Source of the DNA: Candidatus Eiseniibacteriota bacterium
GTDB taxonomy: Bacteria; ARS69
Direction: 5' to 3'
Assembly: GCA_052390515.1 (NCBI GenBank)
Contig: JBQTGV010000044.1
Span: 15,619-79,618 of the forward strand
DNA: 64,000 bases
This document shows, one piece after another, positions 16,035 through 25,261 of the stretch. Position numbers and translations under genes: made by a program. The notes below the pieces were generated by a model. It was not told where the DNA came from. It was given only the letters and a program-made list of their open reading frames with translations, and ran no database searches. Numbering within the stretch: position 1 is the stretch's first letter; each line of letters starts with the position of its first letter.

Positions 16035-16286
16035 GACTGCGCTCGACGTGAGGCACTCGATGGACCCGGCGCCGACGCGGCCACCGGCTGGCGCGAGTGC
16101 CGTCGAACTTCCCTGCCCGGCGCGCTCGGAGAAGATCACGCTGCTCATGTAGGTTGAGTCGGCCGGAAGAGTGTAGTGCGCACCGGGTGTGCCGTCGCGT
16201 TCGGCGACGTCCGTCACGGACTCCCGGGCGGAGCGGTGGACGTGGTGCTGCTCCCGGCGTCGTTCGCGGTCGGCTACACTACGCCC

Positions 16287-19151
16287 ATGGACCCGGAGAG
16301 GTGGAGCCGGTTGCAGGAGCTCTTTGCCGATCTCCTGGATACTCCCGCGCCCGAGCGCCCCGCCTTCCTCGACCGTGAGGTCGGGGCCGACACAGAACTG
16401 CGTGCCGAGCTCGAGCGGCTCCTCGCCCTGACCGGGTCCGCGGGCGGCTTCCTCGCTGCGCCGGTTACGGATTCCCCAGGAGCCGTGGGTCCCTACCGGC
16501 TCCTCGAGGTCCTGGGCGAAGGCGGCTTCGGTGTCGTGTACCTCGCCGAGCAGGAGCGGCCGATCCGCCGCCGTGTCGCGCTCAAGCTGATCAAGCCGGG
16601 CATGGACACGAAGCGGGTGATCGCTCGCTTCGAGGCGGAACGGCAGGCCCTTGCGCTCATGGACCATCCGGGCATCGCCCAGGTTTTCGAAGCCGGCGCG
16701 ACGGAAGCCGGCCGCCCCTACTTCGCGATGGAGTACGTGCCCGGCGTGCCCATCACCACGTATTGCGAGCGCGAGCATCTGCGCATCCGCGACCGACTCG
16801 AGCTGTTCCTCGACGTCTGCGACGCCATCCAGCACGCGCACCAGAAGGGAGTGATCCATCGGGACATCAAGCCGTCGAACGTGCTCGTGGCGCTGCGCAA
16901 CGGCGCGGCCGCGCCGAAGGTGATCGACTTCGGAATCGTCAAGGCCACGACCGAGGCCTTGGCCGGTGGAACCGTGATGACGAGCGAGGGCATGATCGTC
17001 GGGACCCTGGCCTACATGAGCCCCGAACAGGCCGGCGCGGCCGACGCGGTGGATACTCGCTCGGACATCTATTCCCTCGGAGTGGTCCTCTACGAGCTGC
17101 TGGCGGGATCGCCGCCGTTCGACGCCGAGCTCCTGCGTAGCTCGGCGCTCTCGGATGCGGTGCGCGTGATCCGGGAGGAGGAACCGCCCGCCCTCGCCGT
17201 CCGCGTGACCCGCGGCGGCGAAGAGGGAGTGGCGAAGATCGCGCAGGGTCGATCGGTGGAGCCGCGGCGCCTGCTCCGCGAGCTCAGAGGCGAGCTGCAC
17301 TGGATCACGCTCCGAGCGCTGGAGAAGGACCCGGATCGTCGCTATGCGTCCGCGGCGGAGCTCTCGGCGGACATTCGCCGATACCTGGCCAACGAGCCCG
17401 TGCTCGCCGGCCCCCCGAGAACGCTGGTTCGGCTTCGCAAGTACGCGCGAAGGCACCGCGTGGGAGTGACCGCTGCCCTGGTCGTGCTGCTCGCCATCAT
17501 CGCCGGCGGGATCGCGGCGGGAGTCGGATTCCGGCGTTCGCTCCTGTCCGAGCGCAGGGCGCAGCGGGAGGCCACCTCGGCACGCCAGGTCGCGGCATTC
17601 CTGGTCGAGCTGTTCCAGTCGTCCACGCCGGACCGCGCGCGGGGAGAGACGGTCACCGCCCGGAAGCTCTTGGACGAGGGCGCGCGACGCATCCAGGTCA
17701 GCGCCATGGACGATCCGGAGGTGCGGGCGAGCCTGCTGTCGACCCTCGGGAACGCCCACGTAGAGCTCGGGCTTTACGATGAGGGTGTCGCACTCCTGCG
17801 CGAGGCGCTGGTCACGACCCAAGCTGCGGAGCCGCGCGACGAACGGCGCGTCGCCGAGCAAATGGCAGCGCTCGCCGAAGGGTTGGAGCCGATCGGCAAG
17901 GCGGACAGCGCGGGGATCCTGCTGGATGCGGCGATCGCCATCCTGGAAGAGCCTGAGCATGCAGACGCGGATCTCCTGGCCAGGAGCCTGCTGCGGAAGG
18001 GGGATCTCTTCTACGGCCGAGGCGAGTTCGTGGCGGCGGACTCGCTCATCTCGGTAGCGATTGACATGGCAGAAGCACGAGAAGATCCGGACGAAGCACA
18101 CCTCACCGACATGTACGTGATGAAGGCCAGCATCGCGCACCGTCGGTACGACCTGCAGGAGGCGGAAGGCCACTACCTCCGGGCACTTCGCCTCGCGGAG
18201 GATTCGGGCCGCCCCACTGCGTCGGTGAGCATTCATGGAGGCCTGGCGTACGTATACGCCCAGCTCGGGGATACGGAGAATGCGGTGAGGCACGCCGAGG
18301 AAGGCGTCCGCCTGGCGCGCCGCATCTACTCCCCGGATCACCCCGACCTCGCCGGGGCTCTTTCCGGGCAGGCGGCGGCGCTGCAGGCCCGTGGCGATGT
18401 CGAGCAGGCGATCGCCGCGCGCGAAGAAGCGATCGCCATCTTGCGGGCGGGCTCGCCCGAGCAGGAGCGCCTGGCGCACGAGCTCAACACCGCCGGACTC
18501 GTGTATCGATTCACCGGGCAGCTCGATCTGGCCGTCGCCCGCTTCGAGGAAGCCTGCAGCCTGAAGCGCCGGATCTACGGCGACGAGAATCTCCGCACGG
18601 CGGAGAGCGTGGCGAATCTCGCGCGCTGCTACGCGGACGCTGGGCTGAACGTGCGCGCCGACTCGACGTACCGTGCGGCGATTACGGTGCTCGACCGGTT
18701 CGACCCGACGAGCCTGTTCACGGTGTACGCGTACATGGGGTACGCGAACCTCTGCCGGGACGCCGGACGCGCGGACCAAGCCGACACGCTGTACGCGCAC
18801 GCGCTGGCTGACATGGACTCCACCAACGCAGGAATCCGACCGTACTTCGCCGAGTGCCTGCTCGATCGCGCGATGCTCCGTTCCGCTCAGCGCCGGCACG
18901 CGGAAGCGGAGTCCTTGCTGCAGTCCGGCTGTCGGATGCTGCGCGGCGACGCGCCGGAGGACGACGCGAAGCTCGGCGAGGTGTACACCCGCTGGGCCCT
19001 GACGCGGGTCCGGGCCGGGGACGCGGAGGGAGCCGTGGACAGGCTCCAGCTGGCCCTGCGGTGCGGCGTCGCTGCGGACGAGCTGGAGCAGTACCCGGAG
19101 TTCGCCGCGCTCCGCTCCCGGCCGGACTATCCCTTGGACAGCTCGCCGTAG
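16287..19151 (+). CDS. Ser/Thr protein kinase with TM and TPR domain (paralog 3)
   Basis: It has the conserved N-terminal extension plus HRDIKPSN, DFG and GTLAYMSPEQ, followed by a TM helix and TPR repeats. Confidence 0.85.
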   Translation: MDPERWSRLQELFADLLDTPAPERPAFLDREVGADTELRAELERLLALTGSAGGFLAAPVTDSPGAVGPYRLLEVLGEGGFGVVYLAEQERPIRRRVALKLIKPGMDTKRVIARFEAERQALALMDHPGIAQVFEAGATEAGRPYFAMEYVPGVPITTYCEREHLRIRDRLELFLDVCDAIQHAHQKGVIHRDIKPSNVLVALRNGAAAPKVIDFGIVKATTEALAGGTVMTSEGMIVGTLAYMSPEQAGAADAVDTRSDIYSLGVVLYELLAGSPPFDAELLRSSALSDAVRVIREEEPPALAVRVTRGGEEGVAKIAQGRSVEPRRLLRELRGELHWITLRALEKDPDRRYASAAELSADIRRYLANEPVLAGPPRTLVRLRKYARRHRVGVTAALVVLLAIIAGGIAAGVGFRRSLLSERRAQREATSARQVAAFLVELFQSSTPDRARGETVTARKLLDEGARRIQVSAMDDPEVRASLLSTLGNAHVELGLYDEGVALLREALVTTQAAEPRDERRVAEQMAALAEGLEPIGKADSAGILLDAAIAILEEPEHADADLLARSLLRKGDLFYGRGEFVAADSLISVAIDMAEAREDPDEAHLTDMYVMKASIAHRRYDLQEAEGHYLRALRLAEDSGRPTASVSIHGGLAYVYAQLGDTENAVRHAEEGVRLARRIYSPDHPDLAGALSGQAAALQARGDVEQAIAAREEAIAILRAGSPEQERLAHELNTAGLVYRFTGQLDLAVARFEEACSLKRRIYGDENLRTAESVANLARCYADAGLNVRADSTYRAAITVLDRFDPTSLFTVYAYMGYANLCRDAGRADQADTLYAHALADMDSTNAGIRPYFAECLLDRAMLRSAQRRHAEAESLLQSGCRMLRGDAPEDDAKLGEVYTRWALTRVRAGDAEGAVDRLQLALRCGVAADELEQYPEFAALRSRPDYPLDSSP

Positions 19152-19699
19152 AGCCAGGCCCTGGCGAAGGCCCAGATCCGCAGGACCGTCCGGGTCGACG
19201 TTTCCAGCGTCTCGGCCACCTCCTCCACGGAGAGGCCCGCCCAGAAGCGCAGCCGGACGACTTTCGCGGCCCGCTCGTCCTGGAGCGCCAGCCGCTCGAT
19301 GGCCCGATCCAGCGCCAGGATCGTCTCCGGGTCCTGATCGTCGGCCAGGGCCGCCACCTCGTGCAGGTCCAGCGAGACCTTCGGGGCGGGCCGCCCTTCC
19401 GAGTCCCCGCCGCGCTTGATGCTGCCCCGCGCGCGCGCCCGGTCGACGAGGATCCGCCGCATGGCCTGGGCGGCCGCGTAGAAGAAGTGGGCGCGATTCT
19501 TCCACTCGCCTCGGCCTTCGGGACGAAGGCGCAGATACGCCTCGTGCACCAGCTCGGTGGTCTGGAGGCTCAGCCCGGCCGGTTCGGCGCGCATCCTCGC
19601 CCGAGCGATCGAGCGCAACTCCTCGTAGACGCGCGCGAAGAACGCGTCGGAGGTGCCGCCGTCGGGGCCGGCGGTGTCCCCAGGGGTGTGTCCACCCAT
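19127..19699 (-). CDS. ECF sigma factor, kinase-associated type (paralog 3)
   Basis: The sequence MGGHTPGD...ELVHEAYLRL...RIWAFARAWLYGELSKG is present. It has a 25-nt convergent overlap with the kinase. Confidence 0.85.
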   Translation of the reverse strand: MGGHTPGDTAGPDGGTSDAFFARVYEELRSIARARMRAEPAGLSLQTTELVHEAYLRLRPEGRGEWKNRAHFFYAAAQAMRRILVDRARARGSIKRGGDSEGRPAPKVSLDLHEVAALADDQDPETILALDRAIERLALQDERAAKVVRLRFWAGLSVEEVAETLETSTRTVLRIWAFARAWLYGELSKG

Positions 19700-19759
19700 G
19701 AGGCCGATCCTACCCGTCCGGCCCTTCGCTCTCAACCGCCGGGAAAAGTGACTTCTCGG

Positions 19760-19787
19760 TGTCACCTGCCGGTCGGCTCTTCCGCGT
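19760..19787 (+). promoter_or_regulatory. TGTCAC-N17-CGCGT candidate ECF-type promoter (copy 3)
   Basis: The conserved bipartite motif lies upstream of peptide 3. Confidence 0.55.
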
Positions 19788-19844
19788 GTAGGCGGCGCTC
19801 GAAAGAGCGCATGGAGATCTGAACGCCCAACAGGAGGGATTCCG

Positions 19845-19925
19845 ATGATGCTCTTCGTGCTGCTGGTCGACTTCGTGGCCGGCAAGATCGCGATTAACCA
19901 CAACGCGACCCGAATCGGGGGCTGA
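19845..19925 (+). CDS. Small conserved peptide (26 aa) MMLFVLLVDFVAGKIAINHNATRIGG; family member 3 (coordinates +/-1)
   Basis: GGAGGG lies upstream. Its stop is 3 nt before the start of the downstream beta-propeller gene. My manual count and the ORF track disagree by 1 nt in this region. Confidence 0.5.
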   Translation: MMLFVLLVDFVAGKIAINHNATRIGG

Positions 19926-19928
19926 ACG

Positions 19929-22430
19929 ATGTGCCGCCCGCCGCTCCGGAAGCCCGCCCAGGCGCTCGCAACCTGCCGGTCGATGCTGGCTGGCATCTTC
20001 GCCCTCCCCAGCATCGCCTCCGCGCAGATCCTCCGCGAGGATCTGTGGGTCACCGACGGTGCCGTGGAAGCCATCGCGGTTGACACGAACGCGATCTACC
20101 TGGGCGGCTCCTTCACGCGGGTCGGCCCGCTGACCGGGGGAGCGGCGCTTCTCGACGCCGGGACGGGAGTGGCGGTCGGGCCGTATTCCCGTGTCGAAGG
20201 TGTCGTGATGGCCGTGGTGCCGGACGTGAGCGGGGGTTGGTACATCGGCGGAGCGTTCACCGAGGTGGGCGGTCAGCCGCGAGCCAACCTCGCTCAGCTC
20301 GATGCCGCAGGAAACGTCACGCCCTGGAATCCAGGGGCGGACGCGACGGTGCGGGTTCTCGCAATCAGCGGCAGCACGGTGTACGCCGGCGGAGACTTCT
20401 TCTTCGCCGGCGGCCAGCCGCGCAATCGCCTTGCCGAGCTCGACGCGGTGACCGGCGCGACGACGGCGTGGAATCCGGGGGCGAACTGGACGGTCAATGC
20501 GTTGCTGGTGAACGGCGGCACGGTGTACGTGGGCGGCGGCTTCAGCTCGATCGGCGGCCAGGCGCGCAGCCGGATCGCCGCGCTCGACGCCGGCACCGGC
20601 ACCCCGACCGCCTGGGCTCCGGAAGCCGATTCAGATGTGGTCGCGCTGGCTCTGGGAAGCAGCGCGATGTACGCCGGCGGCTACTTCACGAGCATCGGCG
20701 GTCAGGCCCGCGGTGGCATCGCCGCGCTGGATCCCGCCACGGGGGCGGCGACGGGCTGGGCCCCGAATGCAGACGGATCCGTCCTGGCCCTCGGGGTTCA
20801 CGAGGCTTCGACCTTCCCGTTCACCGTCACGGTCTTTGCCGGCGGCTCCTTCACGAACATAGGCGGCCAGGCGCGCAGCTATATCGCCGCCCTCGACGGG
20901 GTGACGGGCTCGGCGACGAGCTGGAACCCCGGTTCGGACAGTGCCGTGAATGCTCTCATCGTGAAAACGAACCGCTTCGGGTCGCTCACATCGATCTGTG
21001 CGGCGGGGAACTTCGGGATCATGGGTGGTCAGGTCCGCAAGTACATCGCCGAGCTCGACGCCGCCGGTGCGGTGACGAGCTGGAATCCGACCGCGAGCGA
21101 GCAGGTCTTCGCCCTGGCCGCGGGGTTCGGCACGGTTCACGCCGGCGGTGTCTTCACCACCATCGGGGGAGTGCCGCGCAACCACATCGCCGCACTGGAC
21201 GCCGGTACGGGAGCCGCGACCTCGTGGAACCCGGACGCGAACGGTCCGGTGCGGGCGCTCGCGGTGTCCGGCGGCACGGTCTACGCGGGCGGCACGTTCT
21301 CCAGCATCGGGGGCAGCTCGGTAGCCATCAATCTCGCCGCGCTGGATGCCGCCACGGGCGCGGCGCTGCCCTCCTGGGACGGGGATGCCTACATGCCCGG
21401 CGACGTGCACGAGCTCGTGCTGCACGGCGGCACGCTGTACGTCGGGGGGGACTTCACCATCCTGGGAGGACAGTTCCGCAACAACCTGGGCGCGCTCGAC
21501 GCCGCCACCGGAGCGGCGACCGGCTGGAACCCCGGCGCGAACGGCGCGGTGTACGCGCTCGCGGTGGCAGAGCGACAGAGCTTCCCGTTCACCGTCACGG
21601 TGTACGCGGGCGGCGAGTTCGCCACGCTCGGCGGCCAGGCCCGACTCAGCCTCGGGGCGGTCGACGGCAACACCGCCGCGGCAACCTCCTGGAATCCGAG
21701 CGCCAGCAGCGACGTGTACGACCTCCTGCTGACGACGGATCCCTTCGGAAACGTCACGTCGGTCTACGCCGCGGGTCTCTTCACAACGATCGGAGGTCAG
21801 CTCCGCAACCACATCGCCGAGGTGGATGCATCCGGCGCCGCCACCGCCTGGAACCCCAACTCGAATCTGAGTGGAACCGTCCACGCCCTCGCGCGAGGCG
21901 GCGACACGATCTACGCGGGCGGGGGGTTCTCCGTGATCGGCGAACAGTGGCGAAGCGCCTTCGCCGCACTCGACGTGGCCACGGGCTTGGCGACGTCCTG
22001 GGATCCTGACGCGCTCGGCACCGTGCTGGCAGTGGCTCTGCACGGAGGCGAGATCTACGCGGGCGGCTCGTTCAACACCATCTCCGGGGTAGCGCGCCCG
22101 AACTTCGCCGGCTTCCAGGACGTGAGCGTCGGTGTCACGGAGCAGCTCCCGGAGCGGCCGTCGGCTCTGCTCCGCGCGGCGCCGAACCCGTTCCGCTCGG
22201 GTGTGACCCTCCGCTTCGCGCTGCAGGAGCCGGCCGACGCGCGCCTCGAGATCTACGACGTCGCCGGGCGGCAGGTGCGAAGCTTGTACTGGAGCGGCCG
22301 GGCCGGCGAGCAAACGGTGGACTGGGATGGCCGCGACGAGGCGGGCGGCGCCGTCGCCGCGGGCGTCTACTTCGTTCGACTCACGACGGGGACACAGCAC
22401 CTGAGCGCGAAGGTGCTGCGCGTGAAGTGA
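19929..22430 (+). CDS. Secreted delta-60-like beta-propeller repeat protein with a C-terminal T9SS/FlgD-Ig-type domain (paralog 1); alternative start at 19983
   Basis: There is an N-terminal signal peptide. There are about 14 tandem ~50-aa repeats of the form 'GG.FT.IGGQ.R..IAALDA.TGA.T.WNP.A...V.AL...G.TVYAGG'. The C-terminus is 'APNPFRSGVTLRF...LEIYDVAGRQV...GVYFVRL'. Confidence 0.65.
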   Translation: MCRPPLRKPAQALATCRSMLAGIFALPSIASAQILREDLWVTDGAVEAIAVDTNAIYLGGSFTRVGPLTGGAALLDAGTGVAVGPYSRVEGVVMAVVPDVSGGWYIGGAFTEVGGQPRANLAQLDAAGNVTPWNPGADATVRVLAISGSTVYAGGDFFFAGGQPRNRLAELDAVTGATTAWNPGANWTVNALLVNGGTVYVGGGFSSIGGQARSRIAALDAGTGTPTAWAPEADSDVVALALGSSAMYAGGYFTSIGGQARGGIAALDPATGAATGWAPNADGSVLALGVHEASTFPFTVTVFAGGSFTNIGGQARSYIAALDGVTGSATSWNPGSDSAVNALIVKTNRFGSLTSICAAGNFGIMGGQVRKYIAELDAAGAVTSWNPTASEQVFALAAGFGTVHAGGVFTTIGGVPRNHIAALDAGTGAATSWNPDANGPVRALAVSGGTVYAGGTFSSIGGSSVAINLAALDAATGAALPSWDGDAYMPGDVHELVLHGGTLYVGGDFTILGGQFRNNLGALDAATGAATGWNPGANGAVYALAVAERQSFPFTVTVYAGGEFATLGGQARLSLGAVDGNTAAATSWNPSASSDVYDLLLTTDPFGNVTSVYAAGLFTTIGGQLRNHIAEVDASGAATAWNPNSNLSGTVHALARGGDTIYAGGGFSVIGEQWRSAFAALDVATGLATSWDPDALGTVLAVALHGGEIYAGGSFNTISGVARPNFAGFQDVSVGVTEQLPERPSALLRAAPNPFRSGVTLRFALQEPADARLEIYDVAGRQVRSLYWSGRAGEQTVDWDGRDEAGGAVAAGVYFVRLTTGTQHLSAKVLRVK

Positions 22431-22531
22431 CACCGCAGGGAACCCCGCCACGGGTGCGGCCGTCCCGGCGGACCTGCACACCGCCGGCAGTCGGCGACAT
22501 CCAGGAGATGCGGGAGCGCGAGCGCCCCCCG

Positions 22532-22559
22532 TGTCACCTGCCTGCTGGTTTCGGAGCGT
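22532..22559 (+). promoter_or_regulatory. TGTCAC-N17-AGCGT candidate ECF-type promoter (copy 4)
   Basis: The conserved motif lies 53 nt upstream of peptide 4. Its -10-like element is the most divergent of the seven copies. Confidence 0.45.
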
Positions 22560-22612
22560 GAAGGGGCGGGCGGCAAGCGTGCCTGCCCCGAACCCGAAAC
22601 CGGAGGAACCAA

Positions 22613-22696
22613 ATGATCGCCCTCTTCGCGCTCGTCCTGGACATCATCGCCGGCAGGCTCGCGGCGAACCACAACCAGACCGCGGTCTCCGGCTGA
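22613..22696 (+). CDS. Small conserved peptide (27 aa) MIALFALVLDIIAGRLAANHNQTAVSG; family member 4
   Basis: GGAGG lies upstream. It lies 12 nt before the second beta-propeller gene. Confidence 0.6.
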   Translation: MIALFALVLDIIAGRLAANHNQTAVSG

Positions 22697-22708
22697 GCCG
22701 GGATTCCC

Positions 22709-25216
22709 ATGCGTCGGCCGCTGCTCCTGCGCCGCCTGCTTGCGAACCGGAGGCTGTTGGTGCTCGCGCTCGCCGGCGTGCAGCTTCCACCGCTTCGAGC
22801 CTCGGGCCAGACCCTCCGCGACGACCTGTGGGTGACGGACGGCTTCGTGGAGGCGGTTGCCGTCTCGGGCGGCGTGATCTACCTGGGCGGGTCCTTCACC
22901 CGGATCAGCCCCGTCGTGGGCCGCTCGGTCTTGCTGGACACGGGGACCGGCTCGGCGCTCCCTCCCTACGCCGACATCGAGGGCATCGTGAGCACCGTGC
23001 TTCCCGACGGGAACGGCGGCTGGTACCTCGGCGGGTCTTTCACTTCCGTTCGCGGCGAGCCCAGGGACAATCTCGCGCAGGTGGACGCGGCCGGGAATCT
23101 CACACCGTGGGATCCCGGCCCGAACGGCCCCGTTCTGGTTCTTCGGGCGAGCCTGACCGCGTTGTACGCCGCTGGCGACTTCACGATGATCGGCGGTCAG
23201 CCGCGCAACCGGATCGCGGCGTTCGACCCGTCGAGCGGGGCGGTGACAGGCTGGGACCCGAACGCGGATCTCACGGTCTACGCACTGGTCGTGAGCGGGA
23301 GCACGGTGTACGCGGGAGGCGGATTCACGCGGATCGGCGGGCAAGCGCGCAACCGGATCGCGGCGCTCGACGCCGGCACCGGCTCGGCCACCGCCTGGAA
23401 CCCGAACGCGGACGTAGACGTTGCCGCGCTGGCGGTGAACGGGGGCACTGTGTACGCCGGAGGGTACTTCTCGACGATCGGTGGCGCGGGTCGCAGCTAT
23501 CTCGCGGCTCTCGACGTCGTGAACGGAGCCGCCACCGCGTGGAACCCGAACCCGAGCTCCCCCGTGCTCGCGCTCGCCGTCCACCAGCGGCCCACGTTTC
23601 CGTTCACCGTGACGGTCTACGCCGGAGGACTTTTCCAGACGGCAGGAGGTCAGCCGCGGAACTACGTCGCCGCACTCGATGGATCGACGGGACTCGCCAC
23701 GAGCTGGAACCCGAACGCGGACTGGAACGTGCGTACGCTGGCTTTCACGACCAACGTCGCCGGACAGGTCAGTGCGGTCTTCGCCGGCGGGGACTTCGCA
23801 ACGATCGGCGGCCAGCCGCGCGCGTACCTCGCAGCACTCGATGGATCCGGCGCGGCGACGAGCTGGAACCCGAAGCCGAACGGTCCGGTCAACACTCTCG
23901 CGCTGGGGATCGGAACCGTCTGTGCCGGAGGGCAGTTCACCAGCGCGGGCGGGCAGGTCCGTAGCAACCTCGCCGCGCTCGACGCGGCGACCGGAGCAGT
24001 CACCGGCTGGAACCCCAACGCGAACGGCATCGTGCGGGCGCTGGCCGTCGGCGGAGGCACGGTCTACGCCGCCGGCACGTTCACCGACATCGGCGGTCAG
24101 ACCCTCGTCCTCAACGTGGCGGCCCTCGACTCCGTCACCGGGGCCGCTCTCGGGACGTGGAACGGTGACGCTCACAACCCCGGCGATGTGCACGAGCTCG
24201 TGCTGCTCGGTGGCACCCTGTACGTGGGCGGCGACTTCGACCTCATCGGCGGCCAGTTCCGGAACAACCTGGCCGCGCTCGACGCCACGACCGGTGCGGC
24301 CACGAGCTGGAATCCTGACGCGAACGGCGCGGTCTACACGCTGGGCATCACCCAACGATTCAGCTTTCCGTTCACGATCACGGTCTACGCCGGCGGCGAG
24401 TTCGCCGTGTTGGGCGCGCAGCCGCGACTCAGCATCGGCGCGGTCGACGGCACCACCGGTCTGGCCACGAGCTGGAATCCCGGCGCCGACAGCGACGTCT
24501 ACGACCTCGCTCTCTCGACCGACCCGCTCGGGAACGAAACGTCGGTCCACGCGGCCGGCCTGTTCACGACGATCGGAGGGCAGTCGCGCGAGTACATCGC
24601 CGAGATCGACGGCTCCGGCGGGGTCACCGCCTGGAACCCCGATGCGAGCAGTCCCGTCAAAGCCCTGGCGCGGTCGGGCGATACGATCTACGCGGGCGGT
24701 GCCTTCTTCAACATCGGCGGGCAGTTTCGCCAGGGACTCGCGGCCCTGGACGTGACTTCCGGCTCCGCGACCGCGTGGAATCCCGACGTGGGCGGTGGGG
24801 GCACCGTGAACGCGCTGACCCTGTCGGGCGGCGAGATCTACGCGGTCGGCAGTTTCCCGAGCATCTCGGGGAAGCCCCATTCCAACGTCGCCGGGTTCGT
24901 CGACCAGGCCGTGGCCGTGCCGGAGCTGCCCCCGGGGCGTGACTCGCGCGGGGTCCACGCGGCCCCGAACCCGTTCCGCTCCGAGGTCGGACTGCGATTC
25001 ATTCCCGCCCGCGCGGGCCGCGTCATGGTGGGGGTGTACGACCTCTCCGGACGCCGTGTGCGTAGCGTCGAGCTGTTCGCGCGCAGCACGGGAGAGCACC
25101 ACGTGACCTGGGACGGGCGGGACGAAGCGGGGCGAAGCGTGGCGGCCGGTGTCTACTTCGTCCGGGTGCTGAGCGAGGGGCTCGATCTCGATGGCAAGCT
25201 GATCCGGATGAGATAG
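22709..25216 (+). CDS. Secreted delta-60-like beta-propeller repeat protein with a C-terminal T9SS/FlgD-Ig-type domain (paralog 2)
   Basis: It has the same repeat architecture as 19929..22430 and a signal peptide (LVLALAGVQLPPLRASGQ). The C-terminus is 'APNPFRSEVGLRF...VYDLSGRRV...GVYFVRV'. Confidence 0.65.
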   Translation: MRRPLLLRRLLANRRLLVLALAGVQLPPLRASGQTLRDDLWVTDGFVEAVAVSGGVIYLGGSFTRISPVVGRSVLLDTGTGSALPPYADIEGIVSTVLPDGNGGWYLGGSFTSVRGEPRDNLAQVDAAGNLTPWDPGPNGPVLVLRASLTALYAAGDFTMIGGQPRNRIAAFDPSSGAVTGWDPNADLTVYALVVSGSTVYAGGGFTRIGGQARNRIAALDAGTGSATAWNPNADVDVAALAVNGGTVYAGGYFSTIGGAGRSYLAALDVVNGAATAWNPNPSSPVLALAVHQRPTFPFTVTVYAGGLFQTAGGQPRNYVAALDGSTGLATSWNPNADWNVRTLAFTTNVAGQVSAVFAGGDFATIGGQPRAYLAALDGSGAATSWNPKPNGPVNTLALGIGTVCAGGQFTSAGGQVRSNLAALDAATGAVTGWNPNANGIVRALAVGGGTVYAAGTFTDIGGQTLVLNVAALDSVTGAALGTWNGDAHNPGDVHELVLLGGTLYVGGDFDLIGGQFRNNLAALDATTGAATSWNPDANGAVYTLGITQRFSFPFTITVYAGGEFAVLGAQPRLSIGAVDGTTGLATSWNPGADSDVYDLALSTDPLGNETSVHAAGLFTTIGGQSREYIAEIDGSGGVTAWNPDASSPVKALARSGDTIYAGGAFFNIGGQFRQGLAALDVTSGSATAWNPDVGGGGTVNALTLSGGEIYAVGSFPSISGKPHSNVAGFVDQAVAVPELPPGRDSRGVHAAPNPFRSEVGLRFIPARAGRVMVGVYDLSGRRVRSVELFARSTGEHHVTWDGRDEAGRSVAAGVYFVRVLSEGLDLDGKLIRMR

Positions 25217-25261
25217 CTGACCCGCGAAGGATGGTGCTCTTCTCTGAGCAAGGAAGCGGAG

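Noticed and set aside
19845-20133. Apparent read-through of peptide gene 3 into a 95-aa ORF, from my manual codon count of the displayed sequence
   Set aside because: The supplied ORF track lists no such ORF. Two minus-strand ORFs in the track are only in-frame if the peptide ends ...ATC GGG GGC TGA. I treat it as a 26-aa peptide with +/-1 coordinate uncertainty in 19800-19925.
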